The notes under the pieces are model-generated. The model searched no databases. It worked only from the letters and a program-made list of their open reading frames with translations, and was not told the origin of the DNA. The position numbers and the translations under genes are program-made. A stretch of DNA of 64,000 bases. It comes from Tubiluchus corallicola. Taxonomy: Eukaryota > Animalia > Priapulida. The stretch covers positions 141,194-205,193 of the forward strand of contig JAQGDQ010000099.1 in NCBI GenBank assembly GCA_030141605.1, given 5' to 3'. The stretch's first letter is position 1. Each line of letters starts with the position of its first letter. This document shows, one piece after another, positions 62,616 to 64,000 of this stretch.

Positions 62616-64000
62616 CTACTGTCGATACCAGTCAAAACATGATAAAATTGCTATAATACCAAAACCTGTAAAGATCATGATCACCTTTGCTAATCCCGAA
62701 AACGCATTTTCCATTTCTTTGTGTATCACTTCGAAAAACGTCACGTAAATGAACGTCCCGGTTGTGAGTCCCTCAAGAACAACCACAGCCATGTCATTGA
62801 CGTTGATGCCCGTTTCCGTGAGCACAATGCCGATGATGGCCCCCAAAATGGTCATCCCGGAGAAAATAAGGATGAAAACAATGATCTGCCGGACTGAGTA
62901 ATAAGTGTGAAGGAACTGCATACCCATGCTAAAACTGATGACTGACTTGTGGATTATGACAGCAGTGAACAACCCCAAAACACCACTATCGGAGTCCATT
63001 ATGCCCATGGCTAGACCTTCGAAGACAGTGTGTAATGACAGTGACAGCAGCAGGGTGAGCACACGAAGTTTCTCCTTGGCATGACTGTTGCACATCTCGT
63101 CAACTGTGTGTTGAGAAAAGACTTCTGTGGAATGCCGAAGCACACCAGAGTGGCCCGATTCAACAAAGCGTACATCGATTGCACCATACGTTTTAACATG
63201 ATCACCATGATCAACTGCACAGTGTGTTTTAGAATCAGCACCTTGAGTTTTAATGTGATCGTCAACAGCTTTGGCATGATCACCGTCAACGTAACTGCTA
63301 GCACCATCACAAGTTTTACCATGTTCGGCCAAAGCACCACAATGATTAACATTACTAAACTGATGTGGTGAAGGCACATCTAATGTTAACTCGCCTGTTT
63401 CGGGTGGGTTGCACGAACGACAATTTCTGTTCGAGCACGTCTCCTGATTTTCAGCACATGGTATACATTCATCGCACCATTTGCACTCCTCTAGGTGAAT
63501 CTCTGCAATGTCCTCTTCGCATTTGGTACATGAGGCGTGAGACAAGTAGGACCTGTCACTGCAGAGAAGTGGGTGGTTTTCCTCAACAGTCTTGCTGGAT
63601 GTATGACGCGACCTAGGGGCGGGATTGCCACTCAGTAAGCTGTGTCCGTGACGGCGTCCGTATATGGCAAGTACGATTTCCTCCATAAAGAACACAAGGA
63701 AGAACCCTATGCCAAGGATAAACTCTGGCAGCGGGTACTCCAGCAAAATTTCATTTGAATCCACCTCATTTGTTTCATTTGAACGCATTCCGTCAAATGC
63801 TGCAAACATGTTAGTTCTCACCTCTGGCAGCATGTGCAGTAGACTGGTACCCAGGAAAATACCACCAGCCAAGCAGTTCATGTAACAAATTGCAATTCTC
63901 GCGTGGTGTTTGCCAGCGAGCTCTACAATTTTAATCGGAAGTAATCCGCACAGCACTGCAGCTAGAAATATCGCACCACTCGAAAGGATTTTCACTGCTA
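62616..64000 (-). CDS. Zinc/iron permease, ZIP subfamily II (SLC39A1/A2/A3-like); 5' end lies beyond the window
   Basis: Uninterrupted ORF of more than 459 aa that is still open at 64000. Motifs CLAGGIFLGTSLLHMLPE, EYPLPEF, TM4 LSLSLHTVFEGLAMG, TM5 IIHKSVISFSMG, GTFIYVTFFEV. Confidence 0.93.
   Translation of the reverse strand, partial: AVKILSSGAIFLAAVLCGLLPIKIVELAGKHHARIAICYMNCLAGGIFLGTSLLHMLPEVRTNMFAAFDGMRSNETNEVDSNEILLEYPLPEFILGIGFFLVFFMEEIVLAIYGRRHGHSLLSGNPAPRSRHTSSKTVEENHPLLCSDRSYLSHASCTKCEEDIAEIHLEECKWCDECIPCAENQETCSNRNCRSCNPPETGELTLDVPSPHQFSNVNHCGALAEHGKTCDGASSYVDGDHAKAVDDHIKTQGADSKTHCAVDHGDHVKTYGAIDVRFVESGHSGVLRHSTEVFSQHTVDEMCNSHAKEKLRVLTLLLSLSLHTVFEGLAMGIMDSDSGVLGLFTAVIIHKSVISFSMGMQFLHTYYSVRQIIVFILIFSGMTILGAIIGIVLTETGINVNDMAVVVLEGLTTGTFIYVTFFEVIHKEMENAFSGLAKVIMIFTGFGIIAILSCFDWYRQ

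Noticed and set aside
63011-63885. ORFs overlapping the ZIP CDS in other frames or on the other strand
   Set aside because: Shadow ORFs of a real coding sequence.

Overview
AT-rich, intron-rich animal genomic DNA; TTAGGG-type repeats and the transposon types suggest a non-arthropod invertebrate. Four protein-coding genes were reconstructed by hand from GT-AG splice sites with consistent phases. (1) The last two coding exons of PRCC (+, 1-1301). (2) A complete 14-coding-exon IVNS1ABP/NS1-BP BTB-BACK-Kelch gene (-, 30080-4823, 726 aa) with an 11-kb intron right after the BTB exons. (3) A complete 13-coding-exon Mitoguardin (MIGA/FAM73) gene (+, 45003-56126, 495 aa), head-to-head with IVNS1ABP. 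(4) A ZIP subfamily II (SLC39A1-3-like) metal transporter (-, running off the window end, stop at 62616) whose TM3-TM4 loop is expanded to about 200 aa with a 10-Cys cluster and His repeats. Introns and intergenic DNA hold many non-autonomous DNA transposons (hAT, Tc1/pogo, Harbinger, MULE-like, Helentron-like), a LINE fragment and tandem repeats. Best leads: the Cys/His module in the ZIP loop, a candidate BTB-only IVNS1ABP isoform from intronic polyadenylation, a perfect 48-bp hairpin downstream of MIGA, mirror-image 11-mer promoter motifs between the divergent genes, and a candidate 3-nt microexon. Family assignments rest on motif recall; no database searches were run.
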